NCBI GenBank assembly: GCA_021803575.1
Contig: JAJZLH010000005.1
Span: forward strand, 1 to 63,793
Length of the DNA stretch: 63,793 nucleotides
Source: Bacillota bacterium
GTDB lineage: Bacteria > Bacillota > Sulfobacillia > JAJZYS01 > JAJZLH01
Direction: 5' to 3'
Shown here: positions 53,385 to 62,784 of the stretch, in pieces
Layout of the letters: each line of letters begins with the position of its first letter
How positions within the stretch are numbered: the stretch's first letter is position 1
Program-made: the position numbers and the translations under genes
Notes under the pieces: model-generated
The model's input: only the letters and a program-made list of their open reading frames with translations
Databases searched by the model: none
Told to the model about the DNA's origin: nothing

Positions 53385-55089
53385 GCCGGTTCCGCTCGAC
53401 CTCCCGCTTCAGTTCGCTGAGCTCCTCGAGCAGACTGGCGGGCACCTGGTCGCCACTGGTCTCGACCCGGCGCACCTCTCTCTGCAGTTCCATAAGGCGC
53501 TCCTGCCTTCCTTCCCTCACCCAGTCCTGATAGAGACGGGCAAAGTCGCCGAGCGGCCGCTCGCTGAGTGCCAGCCTGGCCCAGAGCTGGGCGGCATCGT
53601 CACCTGAGCGGGCCGGATCTTGGCCCTCCAGGCAGCAGCGCACCACTTCCCGACCACCCGGTGTGTCGAACGGGACCTCACTCATTTCGGCTGCGAGGGC
53701 CGGTTCCTGCACCAGGAGGCGCAGAATCTCCTCCTCGATCAGGAGGCGGCGGCGAGGCGGCGGCTCCTCCGGCCGCCTGGCAGCGGGGGAAACCCGCACC
53801 GCCGGCCCGCCCGCCCGGCGCGCCTCCTGCCAGAGGGCGGCCTCCTCGATGCCGAGCCGCTGGGCGAGGTGGCGCACCTCCTCGCTGCGCTCCACCGGAC
53901 TCGCCAGCTGCAGGATGCCGGGCAGCACCGCCTGGGCGGCCTGGCGCTTGCCGCGGGGCGTGGAGAGGTCCAGATCGGCCAGCGCCAGGTCGGTGAGGGC
54001 ATCGATCAGCCGCCTGGCACCGGAGAGCGCCTCCTGCCAGGCGCCGATCCCACCCTTCCGGACCAGGGAGTCCGGGTCCTCGCCGGCCGGCAGCCGCACC
54101 ACCCGGGCGCCGAGGCCGGAGCCGGCCAACAGCCAGAGCCCGCGCCGGGTGGCGTGCTCGCCAGCCAGATCGGCGTCGTAGGCCACCACCACCTGGTCCA
54201 CCGCCTGGGCGAGCAGCCGCACCTGATCCTCGCTGAGGGCGGTGCCCAGGGAGGCCACCGCTCCCTCTACCCCGGCCTGGTGGAGGGCGATCACGTCCAG
54301 GTAGCCCTCCACCAGCACCGCCTGGCGGCTACTGCGCCAGGCCGGCTGGGCCAGGCTCAGGTCGTAGAGCAGGCGGCTCTTCCGAAAGAGCGCTGTCTCC
54401 GGTGAGTTCAGATACTTGGGCTGCTGGTCGGCGCTGAGGGCCCGCCCGCCGAAGGCCACCACCTGGCCGCGCCGGTCGCGGATGGGGAAGACGAGGCGGG
54501 CGCGCAGCCGGTCGATCGGCCGCCCCTGCCGGCCCTCCTGGCTGAGGCCGGCCCCCTCCAGCACCTCTTTGGAGAAGCCGCCCGCGTTGAGGCGGGAGAA
54601 GAGCCAGTCCGGCCCCTCCGGGGCATAGCCCAGGCGGAAGGCCGCCCGGGCCTCATCGCCCACCTCTCGGCTCTTCAGGTAGCGGCGGGCCGGCTCTCCC
54701 TCCGGAGAGGCCAGGGCCTCCTGGTAGAGGGCCGCCGCCGCCTCCAGGGCCCGGTGCAGGCCCTCCATCTCACTCTGCCGCTCCGAGTGCTGCTCCGGCA
54801 GACTGACGCCAGCCCGCTCGGCCAGAAGCTCCAGCGCCTGGCGGAAGCCAACGCCGTCCCGCCGCATCACGAAGGCGAACACGTCGCCGCCGGCCTGGCA
54901 GCCGAAGCAGTAGAAGAGGCCGCGCTCCGGATCGACGCTGAAGGACGGCGTGCGCTCAGAGTGGAACGGGCACAGCCCGGTCAGGCGGCGGCCCTGGCGG
55001 CGCAGCGCCACCGTCTCCCCGACCACCTCGGCGATCGGGACCCGGCTCCGGATCTCCCCCACCACGTCCTCGGCTCTTGGCACGCCCAT
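53377..55089 (-). CDS. dnaG: DNA primase
   Basis: Zinc ribbon [35 protein letters not shown] and a TOPRIM region ([12 protein letters not shown]...[10 protein letters not shown]). The stop overlaps the rpoD start by 8 nt. The start may be GTG 55083, 6 nt after GGAGG. Confidence 0.9.
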
Positions 55090-55095
55090 CCTCCG

Positions 55096-56088
55096 TCAGT
55101 CGTCGAGGCGGAATTCGCCGGGCACGAAGCGGCGGCGGTAGGCGGCGATGGCGAAGCGGTCGGTCATGCCGGCCACGTAGTCGCGCACCGCCTCCTCGCC
55201 CCCCCGGCCGGGCGGCTGCTCCCTGTCCTCCAGGTAGGCCCGGTAGAGCGCTTCCACCACGCCCTTCGCCTTCTCCTCCTCGCGCTTGGCCTCGGACCCG
55301 ATGTAGACCCGCTGGAACAGGAAGTCCCGGAGCTGATCGAGGGCCGTCTGCCGCTCGGCCGAGAGCGCCACCTCCGGACGGCCGGCCGAGGAGGCGACGA
55401 TGTCCTCGACCAGGGTGCCGATGCGCTGGCTGTGGGTTTGGCCGAGCGTCCTGAGGATGGGGTCCGGCAGCTCCTCCTGGCGGAGCACGCCGCCGCGCAG
55501 GGCGTCGTCGATGTCGTGGTTGACGTAGGCGATGCGGTCCGAGAAGTGCACGACCCGGGCCTCCAGGGTGGCCGGGTGGCCGGCCTGGATGTGGTTGAGG
55601 ATGCCGTCCCTAACCTCGAAGGTCAGGTTGAGCCCGCCCGGCTTCTCCAGCACCTCGACCACCCTGAGGCTCTGCTCGTTGTGGCGAAAGCCGCCGGGGT
55701 AGAGGGCGGCCAGCACCTCCTCGCCGGCGTGGCCGAACGGGGTGTGGCCGAGGTCGTGGCCCAGGGCGATCGCCTCGGTCAGGTCCTCGTTCAGGCAAAG
55801 GGCGCGGGCGATGGTGCGGGCAATCTGGGCGACCTCCAGGGTGTGGGTGAGCCGGGTCCGGTAGTGGTCACCCTCCGCCGCCAGGAAGACCTGGGTCTTG
55901 TCCTTCAGCCGGCGGAAGGCCTTGGAGTGGATGATGCGGTCGCGGTCGCGCTGGAAGGCAGTGCGGATTGGATCCTCCGGCTCGGGCCGGGCCCGCCCCC
56001 GGCTCTCCCTGGCCTGGGCGGCGTACGGCGAGAGCTGGGATGCCTCCCAGTCCTCCCGGTCCTCCCGGAGGCAGGTCTGCCCCGCCGT
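55096..56088 (-). CDS. dgt: HD-domain dGTPase-like deoxynucleoside triphosphate triphosphohydrolase; start codon non-canonical or unresolved
   Basis: The track ORF (55096..55716) starts at an internal GTG. I translated the same frame upstream and it stays open to TGA 56097..56095. That upstream stretch encodes the conserved N-terminus (LSPYAAQARESRGR, FQRDRDRIIHSKAFRRLKDKTQVF, RTRLTHTLEVAQIAR, ALGHDLGHTPFGHAGEE). There is no in-frame ATG/GTG/TTG. The 5' end is set provisionally to ACG 56088, 6 nt after AGGTGA. Confidence 0.7.
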   Translation of the reverse strand, partial: TAGQTCLREDREDWEASQLSPYAAQARESRGRARPEPEDPIRTAFQRDRDRIIHSKAFRRLKDKTQVFLAAEGDHYRTRLTHTLEVAQIARTIARALCLNEDLTEAIALGHDLGHTPFGHAGEEVLAALYPGGFRHNEQSLRVVEVLEKPGGLNLTFEVRDGILNHIQAGHPATLEARVVHFSDRIAYVNHDIDDALRGGVLRQEELPDPILRTLGQTHSQRIGTLVEDIVASSAGRPEVALSAERQTALDQLRDFLFQRVYIGSEAKREEEKAKGVVEALYRAYLEDREQPPGRGGEEAVRDYVAGMTDRFAIAAYRRRFVPGEFRLDD

Positions 56089-56089
56089 C

Positions 56090-58732
56090 TCAGCTCACCT
56101 GGGCCAGGGCGGCGTGGGCGGCCGCCAGCCTGGCCACCGGCACCCGGTAGGGGGAACAGGAGACGTAATTCAAGCCGATCTCCTGGCAGAGGGCGATCGA
56201 GCGCGGGTCGCCGCCGTGCTCGCCGCAGATACCCACCTTCAGCTTGGGCTGGCTTTTCCGCCCCTCTTCGGTGGCGAGGCGCATCAGGGCGCCCACGCCG
56301 TCCCGGTCCAGGGTGGCGAACGGGTTGTCGGCCAGCACGCCGCGCTCCAGGTAGGCGGGCAGGAACTTGCCCTCGGCGTCGTCCCGGGAGAAGCCGAAGG
56401 TGGTCTGGGTGAGGTCGTTGGTGCCGAAGGAGAAGAACTCGGCCTCCTCGGCGATCTCGCCGGCTGTGAGGGCGGCTCTCGGCACCTCGATCATGGTGCC
56501 GACCACGCACGGCATCTCCACGCCCGAACTGGCCACCACCTCCCGGTGCACGGCTGCCACCAGCTGGCGCATCAGGGCCAGCTCACGGCGCATGCCGACC
56601 AGCGGGATCATCACCTCGGCGACGGCCTGGACCCCCTCTTTCCTAAGCTCGGCCACGGCCAGGAAGATGGCCCGGGCCTGCATCTCGTAGATCTCCGGGT
56701 AGACGATGCCCAGCCGGCAGCCCCGGAAGCCCAGCATCGGGTTGGCCTCGGCCAGCACCTTCGCTCTGCGCAAGAGCCCGGCGGCCTGGCGGAAGGTGGC
56801 CGAACCCTCCTCGCCCCGCTCCCTGGCCACCGCCACCTCCACCTCCAGCTCCGAGATGTGGGGCAAAAACTCGTGCAGCGGCGGATCGAGCAGGCGGATG
56901 GTGACAGGGTGGGGCGCCATCGCCCTGAGGATGCCCTCAAAGTCGGCCTGCTGCATCGGCAGGAGCTCGTCCAGGGCACCCTGGCGCTCCTCCACCGTCT
57001 CCGCCATGATCATGCGCCGCACCACCGGCAACCGCTCCTGGGCCATGAACATGTGCTCGGTGCGGCAAAGCCCCACGCCCTCGGCACCGAGCTCCCGAGC
57101 CCGGAGGGCGTCGGCCGGGGTGTCGGCGTTGGCCCGCACCCCCAGCTTGCGCAGCCGGTCGGCCCAGCCCAGGAGCACGCCCACCTCCGGTCCCAGATCG
57201 GGCTCCTGGGTCGCCACCTGGCCCAGGTACACCCGGCCGGTGGAGCCATCCAGGGTGATGAGGTCACCCTCACTGAGGGTGCGCCCGGCCACGGTCAGGG
57301 TGCGCAGGCCCAGATCGATGCGGAGCGCCTCGCAGCCCACCACGCAGGGCTTGCCCATGCCGCGGGCCACGATGGCGGCGTGGCAGGTCATGCCGCCGCG
57401 GCTGGTCAGCACGCCGGCCGCCTCCACGATGCCGTGCACATCGTCCGGCGCCGTCTCCGGCCGGACCAGGATCACGGCCTCGCCGCCCCGCCCCTTCTCG
57501 GCGGCCCGCTCGGCGTCGAAGACGATGGTGCCGACCGCGGCCCCCGGCGAGGCGGGCAGGCCCTCGGCCAGAAGGTCGTGCTCGGCCAGGGGGTCGAGGG
57601 TGCGGTGCAACAGCCCGGCCACATCGTCGGGGCTGACCCGGGCCACCGCCTTCGCCTCCGTGATCAACCCCTCCCTTGCCATGTCCACCGCCGTCTTGAC
57701 GGCGGCCCGGGCACTGCGCTTGGCAGAGCGGGTCTGCAAGAGGTAGACCTTGCCCTCCTCGATCGTGAACTCGATGTCCTGCATATCCTGGTAATGGCGC
57801 TCCAAGAGCTCCGAGACCTCGGCGATCTGCTGGTAGCAGCCCGGCATCTGCTCGGCCAGCTGGGAGATGGGCAAGGGCGTCCGGATGCCAGCCACCACGT
57901 CCTCGCCCTGGGCGTTGGGCAAATACTCGCCGGTCAGCACCCGCTCGCCGGTGTTGGGGTTGCGGGTGAAGAGCACGCCGGTGGCGGAGCCGTCGCCGCG
58001 GTTGCCGAACACCATCGCCTGCACGGTAACGGCCGTTCCCATCTCATCCGGAATGCCATGCACCCGGCGGTAGACCTCCGCCCTGGGGTTTTTCCAGGAG
58101 CTGAACACGGCCCGCACGGCGGAGAGGAGCTGGCGGCGGGGCTCGGTCGGGAAGGGCCGGCCGGCGAGCTCCTGGTAGTGGGCGAGGTGACCCGCCACCA
58201 GCCGCTCCAGCACCTCGGCCGGGATCAGCCGGTCTTCCGAGACGCCGGCTTCCTTGCGCGCGGCCAGCAGCCGCTCCTCGAAGCCGGCCAAGGGCAGCTG
58301 GTCGACCACGTTGGCGTACATCTGGATGAAGCGTCGGTAGGCGTCCCAGGCGAAGCGGCCATCACCGCTCTGGGCGGCCAGCCCCGCCGCCGCCTCGGCG
58401 TTCAGGCCGAGGTTCAAGACGGTGTCCATCATGCCCGGCATGCTGATGGCGGCACCGGATCGCACCGAGACCAGAAGCGGGTTCTTGGCGTCGCCGAAGC
58501 CGTGCCCGCTCTCCGCCTCCAGGGTCCCCAGCGCGCCCTCGATCTCCTGCTCGAGCCCCGCCGGCAGGTCGCCTGTGGCCAGGTAGGCGCGGCAGGCGTC
58601 GGTGGTGATGGTGAAGCCGGGCGGCACCGGCAGCCCGGCCCGCACCATCTCGGCCAGGCCGGCGCCCTTGCCGCCCAGCCGCTCCCGCTCCTGGGCGCTG
58701 CCCTCCTGGAACGTGGAGATCCACTGCCTCAC
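56090..58732 (-). CDS. ppdK: Pyruvate, phosphate dikinase
   Basis: LGGKGAGLAEM, the phospho-His loop GGMTCHAAIVARGMGKPCV, and a C-terminal PEP/pyruvate domain (FFSFGTNDLTQ, ICGEHGGDP). The GTG start overlaps the upstream stop (GTGA). Confidence 0.95.
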   Translation of the reverse strand: MRQWISTFQEGSAQERERLGGKGAGLAEMVRAGLPVPPGFTITTDACRAYLATGDLPAGLEQEIEGALGTLEAESGHGFGDAKNPLLVSVRSGAAISMPGMMDTVLNLGLNAEAAAGLAAQSGDGRFAWDAYRRFIQMYANVVDQLPLAGFEERLLAARKEAGVSEDRLIPAEVLERLVAGHLAHYQELAGRPFPTEPRRQLLSAVRAVFSSWKNPRAEVYRRVHGIPDEMGTAVTVQAMVFGNRGDGSATGVLFTRNPNTGERVLTGEYLPNAQGEDVVAGIRTPLPISQLAEQMPGCYQQIAEVSELLERHYQDMQDIEFTIEEGKVYLLQTRSAKRSARAAVKTAVDMAREGLITEAKAVARVSPDDVAGLLHRTLDPLAEHDLLAEGLPASPGAAVGTIVFDAERAAEKGRGGEAVILVRPETAPDDVHGIVEAAGVLTSRGGMTCHAAIVARGMGKPCVVGCEALRIDLGLRTLTVAGRTLSEGDLITLDGSTGRVYLGQVATQEPDLGPEVGVLLGWADRLRKLGVRANADTPADALRARELGAEGVGLCRTEHMFMAQERLPVVRRMIMAETVEERQGALDELLPMQQADFEGILRAMAPHPVTIRLLDPPLHEFLPHISELEVEVAVARERGEEGSATFRQAAGLLRRAKVLAEANPMLGFRGCRLGIVYPEIYEMQARAIFLAVAELRKEGVQAVAEVMIPLVGMRRELALMRQLVAAVHREVVASSGVEMPCVVGTMIEVPRAALTAGEIAEEAEFFSFGTNDLTQTTFGFSRDDAEGKFLPAYLERGVLADNPFATLDRDGVGALMRLATEEGRKSQPKLKVGICGEHGGDPRSIALCQEIGLNYVSCSPYRVPVARLAAAHAALAQVS

Positions 58733-59541
58733 CGTGCACCACCTCCTTGTACCAGTTCGATGATCAGCCCTGCCGTCTCCTCCACCGCCCGGTGGGTGAC
58801 GTCGATCACGTGGCAGCCCAGGCGGCGGTATATCTTCTCGGCGTAGTCCATCTCCTCCAGGATGCGCTCCAGGTCGGCGTAGCGGCTGCGGCCGGTCACC
58901 CCCATCGCCTTCAGCCGGGCGCTGCGGATGCGCAACAGGTCGTCCGGCTGCACCAAGAGGCCGACGATCTTCTCCGGCGGCACCTCGTACACCTCAGCCG
59001 GCAATGGCACCTCTGGCACCAAGGGGATGTTGGCGACCCGGATCTGGCGGTGGGCCAGGTACATGGCCAAGGGCGTCTTGGAGGAGCGGGAGACGCCCAG
59101 GATCAGCACGTCGGCCAGGAGGCAGCCGGCCGGCTCCTTGCCGTCGTCGTAGCGCACGGCGAACTCCACCGCCGCCACCCGCCGGAAGTAGCCCTCGTCC
59201 AGCAGGTGGACGCGGCCGGCCTCCAGGCGAGGCGGCCCCGGAGCGATGGTGGCGACCGCCTGCAGGGCCGGCCCCAGCACATCGACGCCCACCACCCCCA
59301 GCTCGTGCAGCATGGCCGCAAGCCGGTCACGCACCTCTGGCACCACCACCGTGTAGATCACCACCGGCCGGGAGGCTGTGGCCAGGAACTCCCGCACCTG
59401 GGCCAGCGCCTGATCGGAGGCGACGTGGGCGAACTTGCGGATGCTGATGCCGTCTTCGGCGAACTGGCTGAGCGCGGCCTTGGCCACCGCCTCGGCCGTC
59501 TCGCCCAGCGAGTCCGAGACCACCACCACCTCCCGGCTCAC
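58729..59541 (-). CDS. Pyruvate phosphate dikinase regulatory protein (bifunctional kinase/pyrophosphorylase, DUF299/YqfL-like)
   Basis: VVVVSDSLGETAEAVAKAAL, the P-loop ILGVSRSSKTPLAMYLA, and NIPLVPEVPLP. Start set to GTG 59541, which overlaps the glyS stop (GTGA). Confidence 0.85.
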   Translation of the reverse strand: MSREVVVVSDSLGETAEAVAKAALSQFAEDGISIRKFAHVASDQALAQVREFLATASRPVVIYTVVVPEVRDRLAAMLHELGVVGVDVLGPALQAVATIAPGPPRLEAGRVHLLDEGYFRRVAAVEFAVRYDDGKEPAGCLLADVLILGVSRSSKTPLAMYLAHRQIRVANIPLVPEVPLPAEVYEVPPEKIVGLLVQPDDLLRIRSARLKAMGVTGRSRYADLERILEEMDYAEKIYRRLGCHVIDVTHRAVEETAGLIIELVQGGGAR

Positions 59542-61583
59542 GCCTGCTCCCCCCGTCCTCCGGCCAGGGCGGCCAAGGACACCAGCTTGTCGGAGAGGGC
59601 CTTCACCCTGGCCAACAGGGCCTGGCGCACCCGGCGCCGCACCGGGTCCGGATCCATCACCATCACCTGATCGAAAAAGCGTTCGAGCGGCGCCTCCAAG
59701 GCGGCCAGGGTGGCCAGCGCCGCCCCGTCGTCGCCAGCCAGGAGTGCCCGCTCCACCGCCACCTCGGCCGCCACCACCGCCTTCTTCAGCGTCTCCTCCT
59801 CGCCCAGGGCGGGGTCGATCGGCCCCTCTGCCGCCAGCCGGGAGGTGCGCCGGTAGACGGTGATCAGGGACTGGAAGGAGGGCAGGGGCCACATCTCCTC
59901 CACGGCCTTAAGCCGGCTGGCCAGGCGCAGCGGGTGGTAGAGCGGCGCCCCCAGCGTGGCCGAGACCACCTCCGGCGGGTGCCCCTGCTCCCGCCAGCTC
60001 GCCTCCAGCCGGGTGCGCAGGAAGGCGTCGACCCGGAGCAGGATCTCCTCCGCCGCCTGGGCGGAGAGGGCGTAGCCGCGCTCGGCCAGCACGATCAGGT
60101 CGCGCCAGCCCACCTTGCCCTTGGCCAGCAGGCTGAGCACGCCCTGCGCCAGGCGGCGCATGCCGAAGGGATCGCTTGAGCCCGTCGGCTCCAGACCGGC
60201 CACGAAGCCGCCGACCAGTTCGTCCGCCTTCAGGGAGAGCGCCAGCACCCAGCCCAGATCGCTCTCCGGCAGCCGGTCCTGACCGGGCGCCGGCCAGGTG
60301 CTCTGGGCGATGGCCTCGACCACCGGCTGGGGCGCCCCCTGCGCCCGGGCGTAATGGGCGCCGATCACCCCGGCCAGCTCCGGCCACTCCGCCACCGCCT
60401 GGGTGGCACGGTCGGCCAGGACCAGGGGCAGCGCCTCGGCCAGCAGCCCCGGCTCCACCTTCAGGCCGCCCAGCCGCACCAGTTCGCCGGCCAGCCGGCT
60501 GACCCGCTCCAGCCGGTCGGCGAGGCTGCCCAGCTTGCCCAGGAAGGTGATCTGGCCGAGCGAGCGGGCGTGTTCGGCCAGGGGCTTTTGGAGATCCGCC
60601 TCCACGAAGAAGCTGGCGTCGGTCAGCCGCGCCTCCAGCACCCGCTCGAAGCCCGATCGCACCACCGACTCCTCGCCGGTCTGGTAGGCGAGCAGGAAAG
60701 CTGGCTCCAGCTCCTGGTCCCGGCTGATCGGCACCACTCGCAGCTGGTCCACCATCACCGCCCGCAGGATCGGTTCGGGCAGGCGGCGAAATCTCTCGCC
60801 AGCGTGGCCGCGCAAGACCCGCACCCCCTCCACGAGGTCGACCACCTGGTCGATCAGGGGGTGGGCGTCGTCAAAACTCTCGCCCGGCTGGAGCAAGCCG
60901 CGCCAGCCAGCGACCAGGGCCTCCCGCCGCGCCCCTCGGTCGGCCACCACGCCCGCCTCGGCCAGGGCCGCCTCGTAGCGCTGGGGCGAGGCGATCTCGA
61001 CCGGGGGCCGGCCCCGCCCCGCCTGGCTCAGCCGGCCGGCCGTGACACCGGCGACACGGATGGGAGCCACCTCGTCGTCGACCAGCACCACCAGCCAGCG
61101 AACCGGCCGGAGAAAGCGTGTTCCCGCCTCGCTCCAGGCCATGGTGCGGCCCTCAGGCAGTCTGGTCACCAGGCCCTCCAGCTCGCTGCCCAAGAGGTCC
61201 ACGAGGCGGTCGCCGGGCCGCTTTGAGCTGCCGAACAGGTAGCGGCCGCCCTCGGTGTCGCGCTCTTCCAGCTGGTCTGGGCTTGTGCCGAGGCTCCTGG
61301 CGAAACCCACAGCCGCCTGGCTCCAGCTGCCGTCGGCCTGCCTGGCCTGGGCCAGCGCCGGCCCCCGCCGCCACTCCTCGACCGGGGCCGCCTCCAGGCC
61401 GAGTCCCTCGATCCGGCAGGCCAGCCGCCGGGGCGTCGACCAGACCTGGACCGCACTCCCCTCGCCGGCCAGGCGGTGGTCGGTGAGGAGGTGGAGCAGG
61501 CTCTGGCCAAAGGCCCGGCTGAGCGCGGGCAGCTCCCGGGCCGGAAGCTCCTCGCAGCCCAGTTCGACCAGGAGGGTACTCAC
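59538..61583 (-). CDS. glyS: Glycine--tRNA ligase beta subunit
   Basis: STLLVELGCEELPARELP N-terminus with overall GlyS layout. Start set to GTG 61583, which overlaps the glyQ stop (GTGA). Confidence 0.9.
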   Translation of the reverse strand: MSTLLVELGCEELPARELPALSRAFGQSLLHLLTDHRLAGEGSAVQVWSTPRRLACRIEGLGLEAAPVEEWRRGPALAQARQADGSWSQAAVGFARSLGTSPDQLEERDTEGGRYLFGSSKRPGDRLVDLLGSELEGLVTRLPEGRTMAWSEAGTRFLRPVRWLVVLVDDEVAPIRVAGVTAGRLSQAGRGRPPVEIASPQRYEAALAEAGVVADRGARREALVAGWRGLLQPGESFDDAHPLIDQVVDLVEGVRVLRGHAGERFRRLPEPILRAVMVDQLRVVPISRDQELEPAFLLAYQTGEESVVRSGFERVLEARLTDASFFVEADLQKPLAEHARSLGQITFLGKLGSLADRLERVSRLAGELVRLGGLKVEPGLLAEALPLVLADRATQAVAEWPELAGVIGAHYARAQGAPQPVVEAIAQSTWPAPGQDRLPESDLGWVLALSLKADELVGGFVAGLEPTGSSDPFGMRRLAQGVLSLLAKGKVGWRDLIVLAERGYALSAQAAEEILLRVDAFLRTRLEASWREQGHPPEVVSATLGAPLYHPLRLASRLKAVEEMWPLPSFQSLITVYRRTSRLAAEGPIDPALGEEETLKKAVVAAEVAVERALLAGDDGAALATLAALEAPLERFFDQVMVMDPDPVRRRVRQALLARVKALSDKLVSLAALAGGRGEQA

Positions 61584-62461
61584 TTCGCACCTCCTACGCC
61601 CAGCAGCGGGAATCCCATCTCCTGGCGCTCTCTGAGCCACAACTCGGCGGCTCGCCGGGCCAGGGTGCGAATCCGCCCGACCAGGGCGGCCCGCTCCGTC
61701 CAGGCCAGGGCACGGCGCGCCTCCAGCAGGTTGAAGGCCCGGGAGCAGTCCAGGGCCTGGTCGTAGGCGGCCGCCCACAGCCCGGCCTCGAGCGCCCGCA
61801 GCCCCTCGGCCTCGCCGGCCTCGAAGGACTGGCGCAAGAAGGCGACCGACGCCGTCTCAAAGGCATAGCGGCAGTTTTGCCGCTCCTCGGCCAACGCCAT
61901 CTCGCCGTAGCTGACCGTCTGGTCGTAGGCCAGGTCGTAGACCGAGTCGACGGTCTGGATGTAAGCGGCGATCCGCTCCAGACCGTAGGTGATCTCGACC
62001 GAGACCGGCTTCGCCTCCAGGCCGGCCACCTGCTGGAAGTAGGTGAACTGCGTCACCTCCATGCCGTCCACCCACACCTCCCAGCCCAGCCCCCAGGCCC
62101 CCAGGGACGGGTGCTCCCAGTTGTCCTCGACCAGGCGGAGGTCGTGACGGTCCCAGCTCAGCCCGAGGGCGGCCAGGGAGGCCAGGTACCGCTCCACGAT
62201 GTCCTCGGGCGCCGGCTTGACCAGGACCTGGTACTGCAGGTAGCGGGAGAGGCGGTTGGGGCTGTCGCCGTAGCGGCCGTCGGCCGGCCGCCGGCAGGGC
62301 TCGACGTAGGCCACCCGCCACGGCTCCGGGCCCAGCGCCCGAAAGAAGGTGAGCGGATTCATGGTGCCGGCGCCCTTTTCCCGGTCGTAGGGCTGACCGA
62401 TCACACAGCCCTCCCCCCGCCAGAAGTCATCGAGGCGGCGGATGATGGTGACCAGATCCAC
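61580..62461 (-). CDS. glyQ: Glycine--tRNA ligase alpha subunit
   Basis: LDDFWRGEGCVIGQPYDREKGAGTMNPLTFFRALGPEPWRVAYVEPCRRPADGRYG...GMEVTQFTYFQQV. Start set to GTG 62461, 6 nt after GGGGGGGAG. Confidence 0.9.
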   Translation of the reverse strand: MDLVTIIRRLDDFWRGEGCVIGQPYDREKGAGTMNPLTFFRALGPEPWRVAYVEPCRRPADGRYGDSPNRLSRYLQYQVLVKPAPEDIVERYLASLAALGLSWDRHDLRLVEDNWEHPSLGAWGLGWEVWVDGMEVTQFTYFQQVAGLEAKPVSVEITYGLERIAAYIQTVDSVYDLAYDQTVSYGEMALAEERQNCRYAFETASVAFLRQSFEAGEAEGLRALEAGLWAAAYDQALDCSRAFNLLEARRALAWTERAALVGRIRTLARRAAELWLRERQEMGFPLLGVGGAK

Positions 62462-62666
62462 AGAGCTCCCCCCCAATGAGAATGCCGCACTCCAGCCAGG
62501 GACGGGATCTCTCCCGCGGTTCCACCCTGATTGGCCGTGCGGCCCACTTTCCAGACCGGGCTCGGGCGCCCCTTGGCGGATTCTGCCCTCCGGGCTCGCA
62601 CCGGCCCCGGATCGCTTCTGGCAGAAAGTCCCGCTACTCTTCGCCCTCATCGCCCTCTGCGGTTGT
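62462..62666 (-). promoter_or_regulatory. Glycine-specific T-box leader of glyQS
   Basis: On the minus strand: Stem I GA/K-turn elements GCGATGAGGGCGAAGAGTAGC, specifier GGC followed by A (62587..62584), and T-box sequence AATCAGGGTGGAACCGCGGG (62532..62514). The UGGA bulge matches a U73 tRNA-Gly acceptor end. An extended -10 TGCTATCAT lies at 62681..62673. Confidence 0.8.
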
Positions 62667-62784
62667 CTCTGGATGATAGCACAGCGGGGCCGAGCCTCCC
62701 ACCAGCCAGCGTCCGCCGCTTCTCCCTGCTCTCCTGGTGAGGCCAGCCTTCCGAAAGGCGGCATCGGGAGGCCTGCCGGCGGCC

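Noticed and set aside
55096-55716. Taking the track ORF (206 aa) as the real dgt gene
   Set aside because: It would start after the HD catalytic motif. The same frame is open and strongly family-like for 125 further codons upstream. See the finding on the missing start codon.
53620-56412. Plus-strand ORFs 53620..54405, 53663..54181 and 54754..56412
   Set aside because: They are antisense to dnaG and dgt, both recognised by strong motifs on the minus strand.
55898-58846. 982-aa plus-strand ORF, the longest unexplained ORF in the track
   Set aside because: It lies exactly antisense to ppdK, whose identity is unambiguous. The translation is Gly/Arg/Leu/His-rich and motif-free.
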